Shown: in pieces, positions 30,798 through 41,250 of the stretch
Position numbering within the stretch: the stretch's first letter is position 1
How the letters are laid out: each line of letters begins with the position of its first letter
NCBI GenBank assembly: GCA_964473175.1
Contig: CAYYNN010000003.1
Span: forward strand, 7,057 to 71,056
DNA length: 64,000 nt
Direction of reading: 5' to 3'
Source of the DNA: an uncultured Candidatus Saccharibacteria bacterium
GTDB lineage: Bacteria; Patescibacteriota; Minisyncoccia; Phycocordibacterales; UBA9973
Position numbers and translations under genes: made by a program
Notes under the pieces: generated by a model
What the model was told of the DNA's origin: nothing
The model's database searches: none
The model's input: the letters and a program-made list of their open reading frames with translations, nothing else

Positions 30798-31087
30798 AGA
30801 TGTGGCGATCCGGATACAGCCTGTTTGTGCTGTCCGAACTGCCTATATAAGATTTCAGATACCGTTACTTGCGTATATGAGGTTATTCCTATTAGGTTAG
30901 TTGTTAACTCTTTCGAGTAGGAGAATACTAGCATTTGAGAGGGGAAATGGATACATTGACTATATAGTATAAGTATTTTATAATATGTGATATCAAAATG
31001 AGATATTTCACATGAGATATTTTTTTATACTAAAAAGTTCTTTTAAAAAGGCTTTTTTTATTACCCAATTTTTGCTAGTATGATTTC

Positions 31088-31699
31088 ATGGTTATCACAC
31101 ACTACGGACGGCAGTACTTCAAGCTCACCCTCGGCGATCTCACGATAGCTATCAACCCACCTTCAAAGGGACTCAAACCAGCTCGGTTTGGAGCCGATAT
31201 TGCACTGATCACTGCAAATACTGCAGACTATAATGACGCAGAAACCGTAACACTCGGAGACAAAGAACCTTTTGTTATTGATTCAGCTGGGTCATATGAA
31301 GTCCGCGAACTTTTCTTTGCAGGTGCGCCTTCTACAGCGACGATAGATGCAAAGGAGTATATCAACACAGTATTTGGGTTTGACCTCGATGGTATCAAGA
31401 TAGCGTTTCTAGGTTCTGCCTATGATGACAAGAAGATGTCTACTGAGGCCAAAGAAATCGCCGCGGGAGCGGATATGATTTTCATGAGTATTGGAGAAGA
31501 CCCAAGTCTTGCATACAAAACCGCTACAGGGTTTGATCCGAGTGTGATCATACCAATGGAATACACCGACGAAACATTGAAGCGATTCCTCAAAGATGCA
31601 GGACAAGAAAAGACAGAAGTTGTTGAAAAACTCACACTCAAACGCCGTGACCTCGATGGTAAAGACGGTTTTGTGATGGTTTTAGCACCGCAAGGATAA
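31088..31699 (+). CDS. Hypothetical protein, possibly a beta-lactamase-fold (PF13483-like) domain
   Basis: MVITHYGRQYFKLTLGDLTIAINP N-terminus; no HxHxDH motif seen. Confidence 0.4.
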   Translation: MVITHYGRQYFKLTLGDLTIAINPPSKGLKPARFGADIALITANTADYNDAETVTLGDKEPFVIDSAGSYEVRELFFAGAPSTATIDAKEYINTVFGFDLDGIKIAFLGSAYDDKKMSTEAKEIAAGADMIFMSIGEDPSLAYKTATGFDPSVIIPMEYTDETLKRFLKDAGQEKTEVVEKLTLKRRDLDGKDGFVMVLAPQG

Positions 31700-31711
31700 C
31701 AGATAAACCCT

Positions 31712-31918
31712 ATGGCACCGTTTGAAAAGCATCCCCACCGTACTCGTCAAATGATCGCGCTCGGTATCACTATTGGAGTGGCACTTATATTGTTCGTAGT
31801 GCTTGTTATTATCTATACGAAAGCGAAGCCTAAAAAAGAGAATGATTCCGGGTCAAAAATAAAGAATTTTTACACCACAATATTGGAAAGCGGACAATCA
31901 TACTTCGGAGGGAAATAG
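31712..31918 (+). CDS. Small single-TM hypothetical protein (68 aa)
   Basis: ORF with a hydrophobic helix, between the MBL-like gene and gyrA. Confidence 0.3.
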   Translation: MAPFEKHPHRTRQMIALGITIGVALILFVVLVIIYTKAKPKKENDSGSKIKNFYTTILESGQSYFGGK

Positions 31919-31938
31919 TGCTATAATACTCATAATAT

Positions 31939-34404
31939 ATGGCCAAAAAACCTGCTGAAAAAGCCCCGACAGATATCCCCGCAACTCCTCGATTGAGTAT
32001 TTTGCCCGTCAATATCGCAACAGAAATGCGCGTGTCATTTATTGACTATGCAATGTCAGTTATTACTGATCGTGCACTTCCTGATGTCCGGGATGGACTC
32101 AAGCCAGTACACCGACGCATTTTGTATTCGATGCATGAAAACGGGCTTACATCGACAGCCAAATTTCGTAAAAGTGCGACTGTAGTCGGAGATGTGCTTG
32201 GTAAATACCACCCACATGGAGATCAGTCTGTGTATGATGCCATGGTCAAAATGGGACAAGATTTTGCATACCGATATCCGCTCATCAAGGGTCAAGGAAA
32301 CTTCGGTTCAGTGGACGGTGATCCACCAGCGGCGATGCGTTACACCGAAGCACGAATGAGTAAAATCACGACAGAAATTTTGCGTGATATTGAAAAAGAC
32401 ACGGTAGACTTTCGTCCGAACTATGATGCAACTCGTAAGGAGCCATCAGTGATGCCGACAGCTGTTCCAAGCTTGCTGCTCAACGGAACACTGGGTATTG
32501 CGGTTGGTATGGCGACGAATATTCCGCCGCACAATCTGCGCGAAATCATGGACGCATGCTTGTATATGATCGAGAACGATGATGCATCAGGTGAAGACCT
32601 TGCAAATATCATTACGGGACCGGATTTCCCAACAGGTGGATTAGTTTTCAACAAAGCAGATATCGCACACGCATATGCTACCGGGCGTGGAGGTGTGGTA
32701 TGTCGTGGAGAGGCAGATATTGTAGAGGCAAAGAGTGGGAGTTTTGTCATTAATGTGACGTCCCTACCGTACCAAGTGAACAAAGCAACATTTGTTGAAT
32801 CTATCGCCAGTCTTGTACAAGAAAAGAAACTTGAAGGGATCAAGGGATTGGAGGATCACTCCACTGCAGATATGCATGTCCAGGTGACACTTAAAGCTGG
32901 AGTCAATCCACAAAAGGTACTTAACTATTTATATAAACACACACAGCTTGAACTCACATACCACTTCAACATGGTCGCACTTGTTGATGGAACACCAGAA
33001 ACACTATCGATCAAATCTATTCTTTCTGCATTTATTGCGCATCGAGAAGTCGTTGTTCGACGACGTACTGCGTTTGATCTCAAACGTGCAAAAGATCGGG
33101 AACATATTTTACTTGGTCTCAAAAAAGCACTCGATCACTTGGATCGTGTGATAACACTCATTCGCGAATCCAAAGACAGTGCGGCCGCAAAACTAAACTT
33201 GATGAAAGAGTTTAAGTTCTCCGACCTCCAAGCTGATGCTATTTTGGAAATGCGCTTGCAGAAACTTGCTGGTCTCGAACGTAAAGCAGTGGAAACTGAA
33301 CTTAAAGAAAAACAAGAACTTATTGCAGGTCTAGAAGCGTTGCTTGCAAGTACTAAAAAGATTTTCAAAGTTATTGCAGACGAACTTCAAGAAATTAAAG
33401 ACAAATACGGCGATGATCGCAAAACAAAAGTAGTCGCTGGGGGAACCAAGAACATTTCTGACGAAGACCTTATTCCTGAAAAAGAATCAGTGTTGGTATT
33501 AACCGCAGGTGGATATGTAAAACGCACAGATCCTGACGAATACAAAATTCAGAAACGAGGAGGGGTTGGAGTTATTGATCTTGAAACAAAAGAAGAGGAC
33601 TTTGTGACCATGCTGCTGACAACAGACACGCATTCTGACTTACTTTTCTTTACCAATAAAGGAAAGGCGTACCAGATCAAAATGTATGATATCCCTGAAG
33701 GTAAGCGTGCAACAAAAGGTAAATCTATTATGAACTTCTTGTCGTTGACAGGAGATGAACAAGTCACGTCTATTCTTGCCGTACCAAAGAAAGTAAAAGA
33801 AGAAAAAGCATCACTGTTTTTGATTACAAAAATGGGAACTGCAAAGAAAGTAACATACGAATCTTTTAGAGATGTTCGACGCAGCGGTATTATTGCTATC
33901 AGACTCGACGCAGGTGATGAGCTTGAAGCAGTGCTCCGGGTACAGAAAGGACAAAGTATTATTTTGGGATCAAGTCAAGGACAATCTATTCGTTTTGAAG
34001 AAAGTGACGTTCGTGAAATGGGGCGCACTGCTGGAGGTATTCGAGCAATGAAACTCGGAAAAGGTGATGCAATCATCGGAGCAAATGTTGTTGCGACTGA
34101 GGAAAAGACATACATGCTCACGCTCGGTGCAAATGGTATTGGAAAGAAAACACAGATAGCAGAATACAAAATTCAGAAACGAGGAGGGTCAGGTATCAAA
34201 ACAACCAAAATTACTACCAAGACTGGAGCATTGATGGTGGCAGTTGTTGTACAAGATGGTACAGAACTTGTTGCAATGTCCAAGAAAGGACAAGTGATCC
34301 GTGTTGACCTCGCAACTATTCCTTCGTCTGGACGACAAACACAAGGTGTGACTATTATGAAGCTTCGCGCTGGTGATACGTTATCATCGGTTACGTGCTT
34401 ATAG
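31939..34404 (+). CDS. gyrA: DNA gyrase subunit A
   Basis: [16 protein letters not shown] and the QRDR region [17 protein letters not shown]. Confidence 0.9.
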   Translation: MAKKPAEKAPTDIPATPRLSILPVNIATEMRVSFIDYAMSVITDRALPDVRDGLKPVHRRILYSMHENGLTSTAKFRKSATVVGDVLGKYHPHGDQSVYDAMVKMGQDFAYRYPLIKGQGNFGSVDGDPPAAMRYTEARMSKITTEILRDIEKDTVDFRPNYDATRKEPSVMPTAVPSLLLNGTLGIAVGMATNIPPHNLREIMDACLYMIENDDASGEDLANIITGPDFPTGGLVFNKADIAHAYATGRGGVVCRGEADIVEAKSGSFVINVTSLPYQVNKATFVESIASLVQEKKLEGIKGLEDHSTADMHVQVTLKAGVNPQKVLNYLYKHTQLELTYHFNMVALVDGTPETLSIKSILSAFIAHREVVVRRRTAFDLKRAKDREHILLGLKKALDHLDRVITLIRESKDSAAAKLNLMKEFKFSDLQADAILEMRLQKLAGLERKAVETELKEKQELIAGLEALLASTKKIFKVIADELQEIKDKYGDDRKTKVVAGGTKNISDEDLIPEKESVLVLTAGGYVKRTDPDEYKIQKRGGVGVIDLETKEEDFVTMLLTTDTHSDLLFFTNKGKAYQIKMYDIPEGKRATKGKSIMNFLSLTGDEQVTSILAVPKKVKEEKASLFLITKMGTAKKVTYESFRDVRRSGIIAIRLDAGDELEAVLRVQKGQSIILGSSQGQSIRFEESDVREMGRTAGGIRAMKLGKGDAIIGANVVATEEKTYMLTLGANGIGKKTQIAEYKIQKRGGSGIKTTKITTKTGALMVAVVVQDGTELVAMSKKGQVIRVDLATIPSSGRQTQGVTIMKLRAGDTLSSVTCL

Positions 34405-34466
34405 AAAAACCTTTTTAATACATTTTATGTATTTTAAAACACACTCTCTGCTATACTGAGAGTGTT

Positions 34467-35003
34467 ATGTTCATGGAACCTACGACGATGCTTGCTGTAT
34501 GCCACCTCCAGTCAACCGATAGCGTTGCTGATTTTGGTGCAGGGTCAGGATTTATGGCTCGAGCAGCTTCGGCATTAGTCCCAAACGGTAATGTTTTTGC
34601 TATCGAAATTCACAGAGATATCATTGCACGTCTTACGAGAGAAGTTGAAGAAATGCATATTAAAAATATGCACCCGTTATGGGGGGATATAGAAATAAAA
34701 GGAGGTTCACAGTTGGGGGATGCTTCAGTAAATTTTATTATTCTTTCAAATATTTTATTTCAACTCGAGGATAAAGAAGGATGTATTAATGAAGTTATTC
34801 GTGTGTTGAAGCCAGGAGGAAGAATATTGATAGTGGATTGGTCAGAAGCATTTGATGGCATGGGGCCTCGCCCACAATCAGTTTTTACCAAAGAAATGGC
34901 ACTCCAGCTCTGTAAGCGTCATGGATTTAGTGTACTCACGGAAGCGCTTCCAGCAGGAGATCATCACTATGCTATACTTTTGAATAAGACATCGTCACTC
35001 TAA
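34467..35003 (+). CDS. Class I SAM-dependent methyltransferase
   Basis: DFGAGSGF motif I; LKPGGRILIVDW. Confidence 0.7.
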   Translation: MFMEPTTMLAVCHLQSTDSVADFGAGSGFMARAASALVPNGNVFAIEIHRDIIARLTREVEEMHIKNMHPLWGDIEIKGGSQLGDASVNFIILSNILFQLEDKEGCINEVIRVLKPGGRILIVDWSEAFDGMGPRPQSVFTKEMALQLCKRHGFSVLTEALPAGDHHYAILLNKTSSL

Positions 35004-35020
35004 CCATATTTAACCAACGA

Positions 35021-36334
35021 ATGAAATCACCATTTCAAACAATTCTCGTTATCGTCTTTGCAGTTGTTTTTGCTGGCGCAATATTGGTGTTCTCTGGGCT
35101 TATATCTTTTGGTTCTAAAAAGGCAGATACAGCACCACAAGGGACTGTTGTTGTGTGGGGTATCGCACCCAATACGTTAATGCAGACATATTTCGGGATT
35201 ATTAATAATAATGGTAGCAGTGGGTACACTATTTCATACCAAGAACACGACCCTTCAGTCATCCAACAAGATCTTATTGTAGCGCTTGGAAATGGTAATC
35301 CTCCTGATATGGTGCTTTATTCTTCAGAACTCCTCGCGCAATTCAAAGATAAGCTATATCCGGTTCCCTATGCAGCATATCCTGAGCGAACATTTCGTGA
35401 TACCACTATTGATGGAGCACAAATATTCCTTGGAACTGACGGTATTGTTGGTATGCCGCTTGTTGTCGACCCACTTGTCGTTTATTACAACAAAGATATT
35501 TTGGCAAAAGAAAACTTTGTTGTTTCTCCTCAAACGTGGAGTAATCTCCAGCAGACAGTTCCACTTCTCACAAAGCGTGATGAGCGAGGAGTGATACAGC
35601 AATCAACTATTGCGCTCGGGTCAGCACAAAACGTCGATCATATGCGTGACATTCTATCTGCGCTTTTTTTACAAACAGGCAACAGTATTGTTGTTGGTGG
35701 AGGTGCAAGTACGGGAAAAGGAACTGTTGTCCTGGCCTCGACACCCGCGGGAAGTCTTTCTGCTCCAACAGCGCAAGCCTTGGACTTTTATACGAGTTTT
35801 GCGAACCCTACAAATACAAACTATTCATGGAACAGTTCACTGCCATCGAGCCTCTCGCAGTTTATTGCTGGAAAGAGTGCTTTTTATATCGGCAGAGCAA
35901 GTGAACTGTTTACTATTCAATCACAAAACCCCAACCTCAATTTTGATGTATCGCAACTTTTCCAGACAGGCTCCAATACAAGACCTGCAACATTCGGATC
36001 ATTTCTTGCTATCGGTATTATGAAAAACGCACCAAACTTCACTGCTGCATATGCAGCAGCGGGGTTGATGAGTGGAGCAAATGGTATTGATGCGCTTTCA
36101 AAAACACTTTCTCTCCCTCCGGCTCGTCGAGATTTGTTGCTTGTGCAACAAGCTAACCCATACGTATCAGTATTTTTTAATGCAGCACTTACTGCATTTG
36201 CATGGCCTGATCCAAACCCACTTGGAACTGAAAATGTATTTAAAACGATGGTGACTGCGGTGACAAGTGGCAAAAGCGATGCACAAACAGCAGTCTTTGA
36301 TGCGAGTCGAGATTTACAATCTTTGTTAAAATAA
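35021..36334 (+). CDS. Membrane-anchored extracellular solute-binding-protein-like protein
   Basis: N-terminal TM segment; overall resemblance to family-1 SBPs; no ABC permease nearby. Confidence 0.4.
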   Translation: MKSPFQTILVIVFAVVFAGAILVFSGLISFGSKKADTAPQGTVVVWGIAPNTLMQTYFGIINNNGSSGYTISYQEHDPSVIQQDLIVALGNGNPPDMVLYSSELLAQFKDKLYPVPYAAYPERTFRDTTIDGAQIFLGTDGIVGMPLVVDPLVVYYNKDILAKENFVVSPQTWSNLQQTVPLLTKRDERGVIQQSTIALGSAQNVDHMRDILSALFLQTGNSIVVGGGASTGKGTVVLASTPAGSLSAPTAQALDFYTSFANPTNTNYSWNSSLPSSLSQFIAGKSAFYIGRASELFTIQSQNPNLNFDVSQLFQTGSNTRPATFGSFLAIGIMKNAPNFTAAYAAAGLMSGANGIDALSKTLSLPPARRDLLLVQQANPYVSVFFNAALTAFAWPDPNPLGTENVFKTMVTAVTSGKSDAQTAVFDASRDLQSLLK

Positions 36335-36335
36335 T

Positions 36336-37400
36336 ATGAAAAAATTCCTCCAAGTAGTTCTGGTTGTTGTATCGATACTAGTACCTCCAAAGATAACTAG
36401 TGCTGCTGCGAATATAACACTTACTGCCAAAATAACTGACGCACACTCTATTACTGTCACCGTTAAAAATAATGGTCTAGCGGGGCAGGATACTAATGGA
36501 GGATATTATAGTGTTTTTAACGGAGTAGCATATGCGGTAAATCCGACAACTCATGCACCAGAAAATTCAATAACATTTGGCCCTATTACTGGTGGCCAAA
36601 GTAAGGATGTAAAGATTTCTAACCTTAATCCAAATGTAGTCTATAGTTTTGAAGTGCAAGAAGGTGGAGGGTTTTATGCTAGTGGACAAGTACTCAAAAA
36701 GATAAACATGACAACTCTCGGAGGGGTCTCTACCTGTCCTGCACCAAAAATAATAGTTAATGGACAATGTGTCACCGCACCTCCGGTAACAGCAACACCA
36801 GGAACGCCTGTGACAAATAACTCTACGGTCACCACCAACAACAATGGCGTAACGACAACTGTTACCACTGTGATAACTGGTACTGATCAATGTACCGACA
36901 AAATCGACAACCAAATAGGGGACGGCAAAGATTATGGACACGGTGCAGGGATGGGAGACCTCAAGGCAGATCGGTATGGAGTCGATAACCCTGATGGTAC
37001 ACTGAAATATGAACCCGATCCAAGCTGTTTCACTTCCTCTGCAATTGTTGAAGAAGCAGACGATCTTGCTGTTGATGCAAACGGGAAGCCGTTGAGTATT
37101 ATTCCTTGCACGAACAAATGTACCTTTGCAGATGCATTTCGATTGATCAACAACTTCATGACCTTTTTCATCAAAATAATTTTGATCCCGATTTTCATTA
37201 TTATTATTATGTACGCTGGGTACAAATACTTGATGGCCGGAGCAAATGCTGGAGCAAAAGCAGATATCAAGAAAATGCTCGGTAACATAGTCAAAGGAAT
37301 TATTATTATTCTATGCGCATGGCTTATTGTGCATACTATTATGACCACACTGCTTAATGATGATTTTAAGAGTAGTGCAGTAGAATTCCTTGGTAACTAA
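36336..37400 (+). CDS. Secreted protein P1: signal peptide, FN3/Ig-like domain, C-terminal two-helix TrbC/VirB2-like module
   Basis: MKKFLQVV signal; C-terminus FIIIIMYAGYKYLMAGANAGAKADIKKMLGNIVKGIIIILCAWLIVHTI. Confidence 0.55.
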   Translation: MKKFLQVVLVVVSILVPPKITSAAANITLTAKITDAHSITVTVKNNGLAGQDTNGGYYSVFNGVAYAVNPTTHAPENSITFGPITGGQSKDVKISNLNPNVVYSFEVQEGGGFYASGQVLKKINMTTLGGVSTCPAPKIIVNGQCVTAPPVTATPGTPVTNNSTVTTNNNGVTTTVTTVITGTDQCTDKIDNQIGDGKDYGHGAGMGDLKADRYGVDNPDGTLKYEPDPSCFTSSAIVEEADDLAVDANGKPLSIIPCTNKCTFADAFRLINNFMTFFIKIILIPIFIIIIMYAGYKYLMAGANAGAKADIKKMLGNIVKGIIIILCAWLIVHTIMTTLLNDDFKSSAVEFLGN

Positions 37401-37416
37401 GCTATACTATATACAC

Positions 37417-38556
37417 ATGAATAAAATCCTTGTTTCTCTCGCGCTCATAGTCCTCGGTATTCCTCATAGTTCATTTGCTGCTACTACAACGTTTGTTTGT
37501 ACATCGATCACACCACAAAGTACGAGCGTCACGATGAAGTTGGTAGGAAGTAACACCTTACACTGGGCTAAAATCCAAGAACAAGGCAATATATCCAACT
37601 CAACACAGGCACCTCAGACGACCACCTATCAGCAAAATCCAACAGGAGTGACCAACACGTACGACTTTTTAACTCCTGGTGCGTCCTATAAAACATTTGA
37701 ATATGACCAGGCGGGAATATATATTGGTGAAATTCCTAAATGTTCATTTACGACACTCAATGCCAACGGTACAACACCTCCTCCGAATCCTGGATCTACT
37801 ACTCCTACACAGACAACAAATGCATACCGAGTAGTAACTTCACTGCAAGGAGCTTCACAAGCAACGATAAAGGTTCAGTCGCTCTTAGCCTTTGATACGG
37901 CGGGTAAAATAGAGGTCAAGAAATCATCTGATATAAACATCATTGCTTCGTGTGGTAGTACTGCAACGCCAGTACAGTTCCCGAGTGGGCAACAAGCAAA
38001 TCCATGCATTGTTCCTAACTTGGTACCAGGGAATTATCTCGCAAGGGTAACAGGTACCAGTGCAAGCGGCACCTCGTATGGCGGTATAACAGAATTTACT
38101 GTTCCGCCTCCGACGACGACTAGCACAAGCCCAACAACACCAACTGGTCCCATTTCAGGGACACCTCAGACGGGGACTGTTACGACCGGTACACCTCAAA
38201 CAGGAACAGGAGGAACATTTACGCCTCAAACAAGTACAAGTACAGCCTCAGGATCAGCATCTGGTGCTGGAGGGGGCATACTCCTGGATGTGAAGTTACA
38301 AAACCCGTTGAAGGTCAACGATATTCAGAGTGCGATAAAGTTTTTCGTCGATACATTGATCAAAATAGCAATACCGTTCATTGTCGTGTTCTTTATCTGG
38401 GCAGGACTTAAGTTTATCTTGGCCCAAGGCAAGCCAGACAAAATTACCGAAGCGAAGAAAATGTTTTGGTACACGATCATAGGTACGCTTCTAATACTTG
38501 GAGCTTGGACTATTACAAATGCGATTATTGGTACGGTTAACTCTATAACAAATTAA
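37417..38556 (+). CDS. Secreted protein P2: signal peptide, Thr/Pro-rich linkers, C-terminal TrbC/VirB2-like module
   Basis: Start trimmed to MNKILVSLALIVLG; C-terminus FIWAGLKFILAQGKPDKITEAKKMFWYTIIGTLLILGAWTI. Confidence 0.55.
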   Translation: MNKILVSLALIVLGIPHSSFAATTTFVCTSITPQSTSVTMKLVGSNTLHWAKIQEQGNISNSTQAPQTTTYQQNPTGVTNTYDFLTPGASYKTFEYDQAGIYIGEIPKCSFTTLNANGTTPPPNPGSTTPTQTTNAYRVVTSLQGASQATIKVQSLLAFDTAGKIEVKKSSDINIIASCGSTATPVQFPSGQQANPCIVPNLVPGNYLARVTGTSASGTSYGGITEFTVPPPTTTSTSPTTPTGPISGTPQTGTVTTGTPQTGTGGTFTPQTSTSTASGSASGAGGGILLDVKLQNPLKVNDIQSAIKFFVDTLIKIAIPFIVVFFIWAGLKFILAQGKPDKITEAKKMFWYTIIGTLLILGAWTITNAIIGTVNSITN

Positions 38557-38557
38557 T

Positions 38558-39457
38558 ATGAAAAAATTCCTTGTTGCAGTATTACTCATTATTTTTACAC
38601 TCACTACAGGCAGTGTGGTATTTGCGATAGGAGATACGATAGATAGTGATACAACAGTAGATACTGGCACGACGGCACCTACCACGCAACCGCAACCAAC
38701 GAGAAATAGCTTTTCTTGTTCTGCAAAAAACGCAGCGATGAATACAGCATCTATCACGGTACAGCCAAGTAACGGCGATATGCAGTCATATAGTGTTAGT
38801 TTGTATACCGCTCAAGGGACACAGTATGCCTCTGCCACAACCAACCAGCTACCACCGAACCCTCCGGTAACTGCAGCAGGTGCTACGTATACGTACAGCG
38901 GGCTGTCTTCTGGCACGACATATTATGCGGTTATCGTTGGTACCAACCTTCCTCCACAACAAATCCCGGGATGTTCACTGACGACAACAACAGGTGCCAA
39001 TAGCGCTCCAGGTACGTTGCCAGCCGCAACAACAGGAACATATACATTCGGGACACTTGGCAGTGTTCCGACAACTCCTATCAATGCAACAATCCCAGTA
39101 GCTTCGACGATAGTTGCAACACCACAGACCGGCTCAACGCAACTAGCGCAATGTAGTGCAATCAAGTTTATTTCACTACTTGATATTTTGATATGGCTCA
39201 AATGTATTATCGTCATTGCTATCATTCCACTCATATTTGCGGCGGCATTTATGTTCTTCTTGTGGGGTGTTATGAAGTTCATCATGGCAAATGATTCAGC
39301 TAAAAAAGAAGAAGGGAAGAAGTTTATTATTGCAGGGATGATCGGACTTTTTGTGATGACGAGTATTTGGGGGATAGTCAGTATCGTGAGCCGCACCTTG
39401 GGTACAGGTTCAGTTGTCCCTATATTGCAAACGAGTTCTCTACAACGCACCCCATAG
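38558..39457 (+). CDS. Secreted protein P3: signal peptide, Thr-rich region, C-terminal TrbC/VirB2-like module
   Basis: MKKFLVAVLLI signal; C-terminus FLWGVMKFIMANDSAKKEEGKKFIIAGMIGLFVMTSIWGI. Confidence 0.55.
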   Translation: MKKFLVAVLLIIFTLTTGSVVFAIGDTIDSDTTVDTGTTAPTTQPQPTRNSFSCSAKNAAMNTASITVQPSNGDMQSYSVSLYTAQGTQYASATTNQLPPNPPVTAAGATYTYSGLSSGTTYYAVIVGTNLPPQQIPGCSLTTTTGANSAPGTLPAATTGTYTFGTLGSVPTTPINATIPVASTIVATPQTGSTQLAQCSAIKFISLLDILIWLKCIIVIAIIPLIFAAAFMFFLWGVMKFIMANDSAKKEEGKKFIIAGMIGLFVMTSIWGIVSIVSRTLGTGSVVPILQTSSLQRTP

Positions 39458-39548
39458 GGGTCGATTGTAGATGTGATATACTAAACCCATATCTGGCGTA
39501 GCAATTACGTAAAGATTAATAGAGTAATTAATAAGAATTTTATACATT

Positions 39549-39986
39549 ATGAAAAAAATAGCTCTCAAGTCTACGATTGCTTCTATTGGAATGGCATTTG
39601 CTGTACCAGCACTCGCACTCGCACAAGTAACATGGCCGACCTCAACAACTGGTACGTCTGATACTAGTTATGTAGATAACTGGATTTCAAAAGCGACAGG
39701 ATGGCTTTCACAGTCCATCACAATCATCATGATATTGATGACATTGTGGTTCCTTATCAATGTATTTCGATACATTGCAGAAAAGGATCCAGGTAAGCTC
39801 GCAGAAAAGCGTAAAGTGATGCTCAACGGCCTTATCGGACTTTTCATCGCAGTATCAGTATGGGGTATCATCAAGATCGCTGGAAATGTGTTTGGAACAA
39901 ATAATTCACAGGCTCCAGCTCTCGTTTGTCCTCCTGGAACTGAGTACAATAACGTAACCAAGCTCTGCGCAATCCCGCAGCCGTAG
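39549..39986 (+). CDS. Secreted protein P4 (145 aa) with a TrbC/VirB2-like two-helix module
   Basis: Signal peptide; LWFLINVFRYIAEKDPGKLAEKRKVMLNGLIGLFIAVSVWGI. Confidence 0.5.
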   Translation: MKKIALKSTIASIGMAFAVPALALAQVTWPTSTTGTSDTSYVDNWISKATGWLSQSITIIMILMTLWFLINVFRYIAEKDPGKLAEKRKVMLNGLIGLFIAVSVWGIIKIAGNVFGTNNSQAPALVCPPGTEYNNVTKLCAIPQP

Positions 39987-39989
39987 TCT

Positions 39990-40328
39990 ATGCTCTGGAT
40001 CGCCTATGCTGACTCTGTTGACACCTTGCTCAACAAGCTGAACAAGAATATCATCAACCCTGCTATTGAATTTGCATTCATTATCGCGCTGGTGGTGTTC
40101 TTGTGGGGTATCATGGAGTACATTCGTGGTGCCAACAGTGAAGAGAAACGCAAGGACGGCAAACAACATATGCTATGGGGGACGATAGGGTTTGTGATTA
40201 TGTTGGGAGTATTTGGTATCATCAACCTCCTCATTGGAACGTTTGGTATCAAAGGTGCAACGATCAACAACGATCAACAAACCTTCCAAGCTCCGCCCAT
40301 ACAGGAATTGAAATTCCCACAACAATAA
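39990..40328 (+). CDS. Minimal 112-aa two-helix protein P5, a VirB2/TrbC-like pilin candidate
   Basis: FLWGIMEYIRGANSEEKRKDGKQHMLWGTIGFVIMLGVFGI is the same module without extra domains. Confidence 0.5.
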   Translation: MLWIAYADSVDTLLNKLNKNIINPAIEFAFIIALVVFLWGIMEYIRGANSEEKRKDGKQHMLWGTIGFVIMLGVFGIINLLIGTFGIKGATINNDQQTFQAPPIQELKFPQQ

Positions 40329-40378
40329 ACAAAAAAAGCCGCTCCTTATGGAGCGGCTTTGTGTTTTCTTCGAAAGAA

Positions 40379-41248
40379 CTATTCTTTTTTGTTAGTAAAT
40401 GTAATCATGTTGCCTGCATCGTCATTGAGTAAGGTTGCCGTATACATTTCTTTGCGCAGTTTGTTGTCAGGAGAGACTAATGAATCATAGCTCTCGCGCA
40501 CTGCACCGGTTTTGGTTCGCTGGAATATACCTATCCAATGGATGCTTTCGTCAAAATTTTTGAAATAAAACCTTGCCGTTCCGCATTTCTTGGGTATGAA
40601 GTACTTTGGCTCTCCATCGTTAAACCAGACATAGCCTACTCCAGATTGGAATGCATAGGTACTATCGACCATCAAGCCTTCTCCTGGTGTAGTTACTTGC
40701 GACATCACGGGTTGTGTAGTCGTCGTGGTAACCACTGTCGTTTGTTGGGGCAGTATTCGTTGAATTCTTATTTCTGTGTATGCATCATCTATTTTCTGTA
40801 ACTGATCCCGGTTGTGAAGCCAGGGTTTTACGAATTCGACTGATACAAACCAAAAGATAAGTACAACAACCATCCATCTCAACCAAACAGGGAACCAGTC
40901 CATGGTACCAATAGCTAAAGTTTTAACTTTTGGTATCTTTGTTTTTTTGAGATACCTAAAGAGTATCGCCAGTAAAATAATTACAATCAACCACCCCATG
41001 ACTGAACTATATTCTCCACCTAATGAGGTGAAAAAATAGTTAAGTATAAATGTGATAATAACCATTCCACCAATAATAAAGAATAAAAGATTATCCAGTA
41101 TTTTTGATGAAAAAGTATTCGGTACATTTGGAGTGTTTGTGTTGTTCTTTTTTAAGAAAGCATCTATTTCAGCTTTCATTATCTTTATTTCCGTTTTGAT
41201 AACTTTCCAGTATTTGGAAAGTGCCGCCATCACTTTGCTTGTTGCCAT
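40379..41248 (-). CDS. Polytopic membrane hypothetical protein
   Basis: Three hydrophobic helices; convergent with the P1-P5 operon. Confidence 0.45.
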   Translation of the reverse strand: MATSKVMAALSKYWKVIKTEIKIMKAEIDAFLKKNNTNTPNVPNTFSSKILDNLLFFIIGGMVIITFILNYFFTSLGGEYSSVMGWLIVIILLAILFRYLKKTKIPKVKTLAIGTMDWFPVWLRWMVVVLIFWFVSVEFVKPWLHNRDQLQKIDDAYTEIRIQRILPQQTTVVTTTTTQPVMSQVTTPGEGLMVDSTYAFQSGVGYVWFNDGEPKYFIPKKCGTARFYFKNFDESIHWIGIFQRTKTGAVRESYDSLVSPDNKLRKEMYTATLLNDDAGNMITFTNKKE

Positions 41249-41250
41249 TA

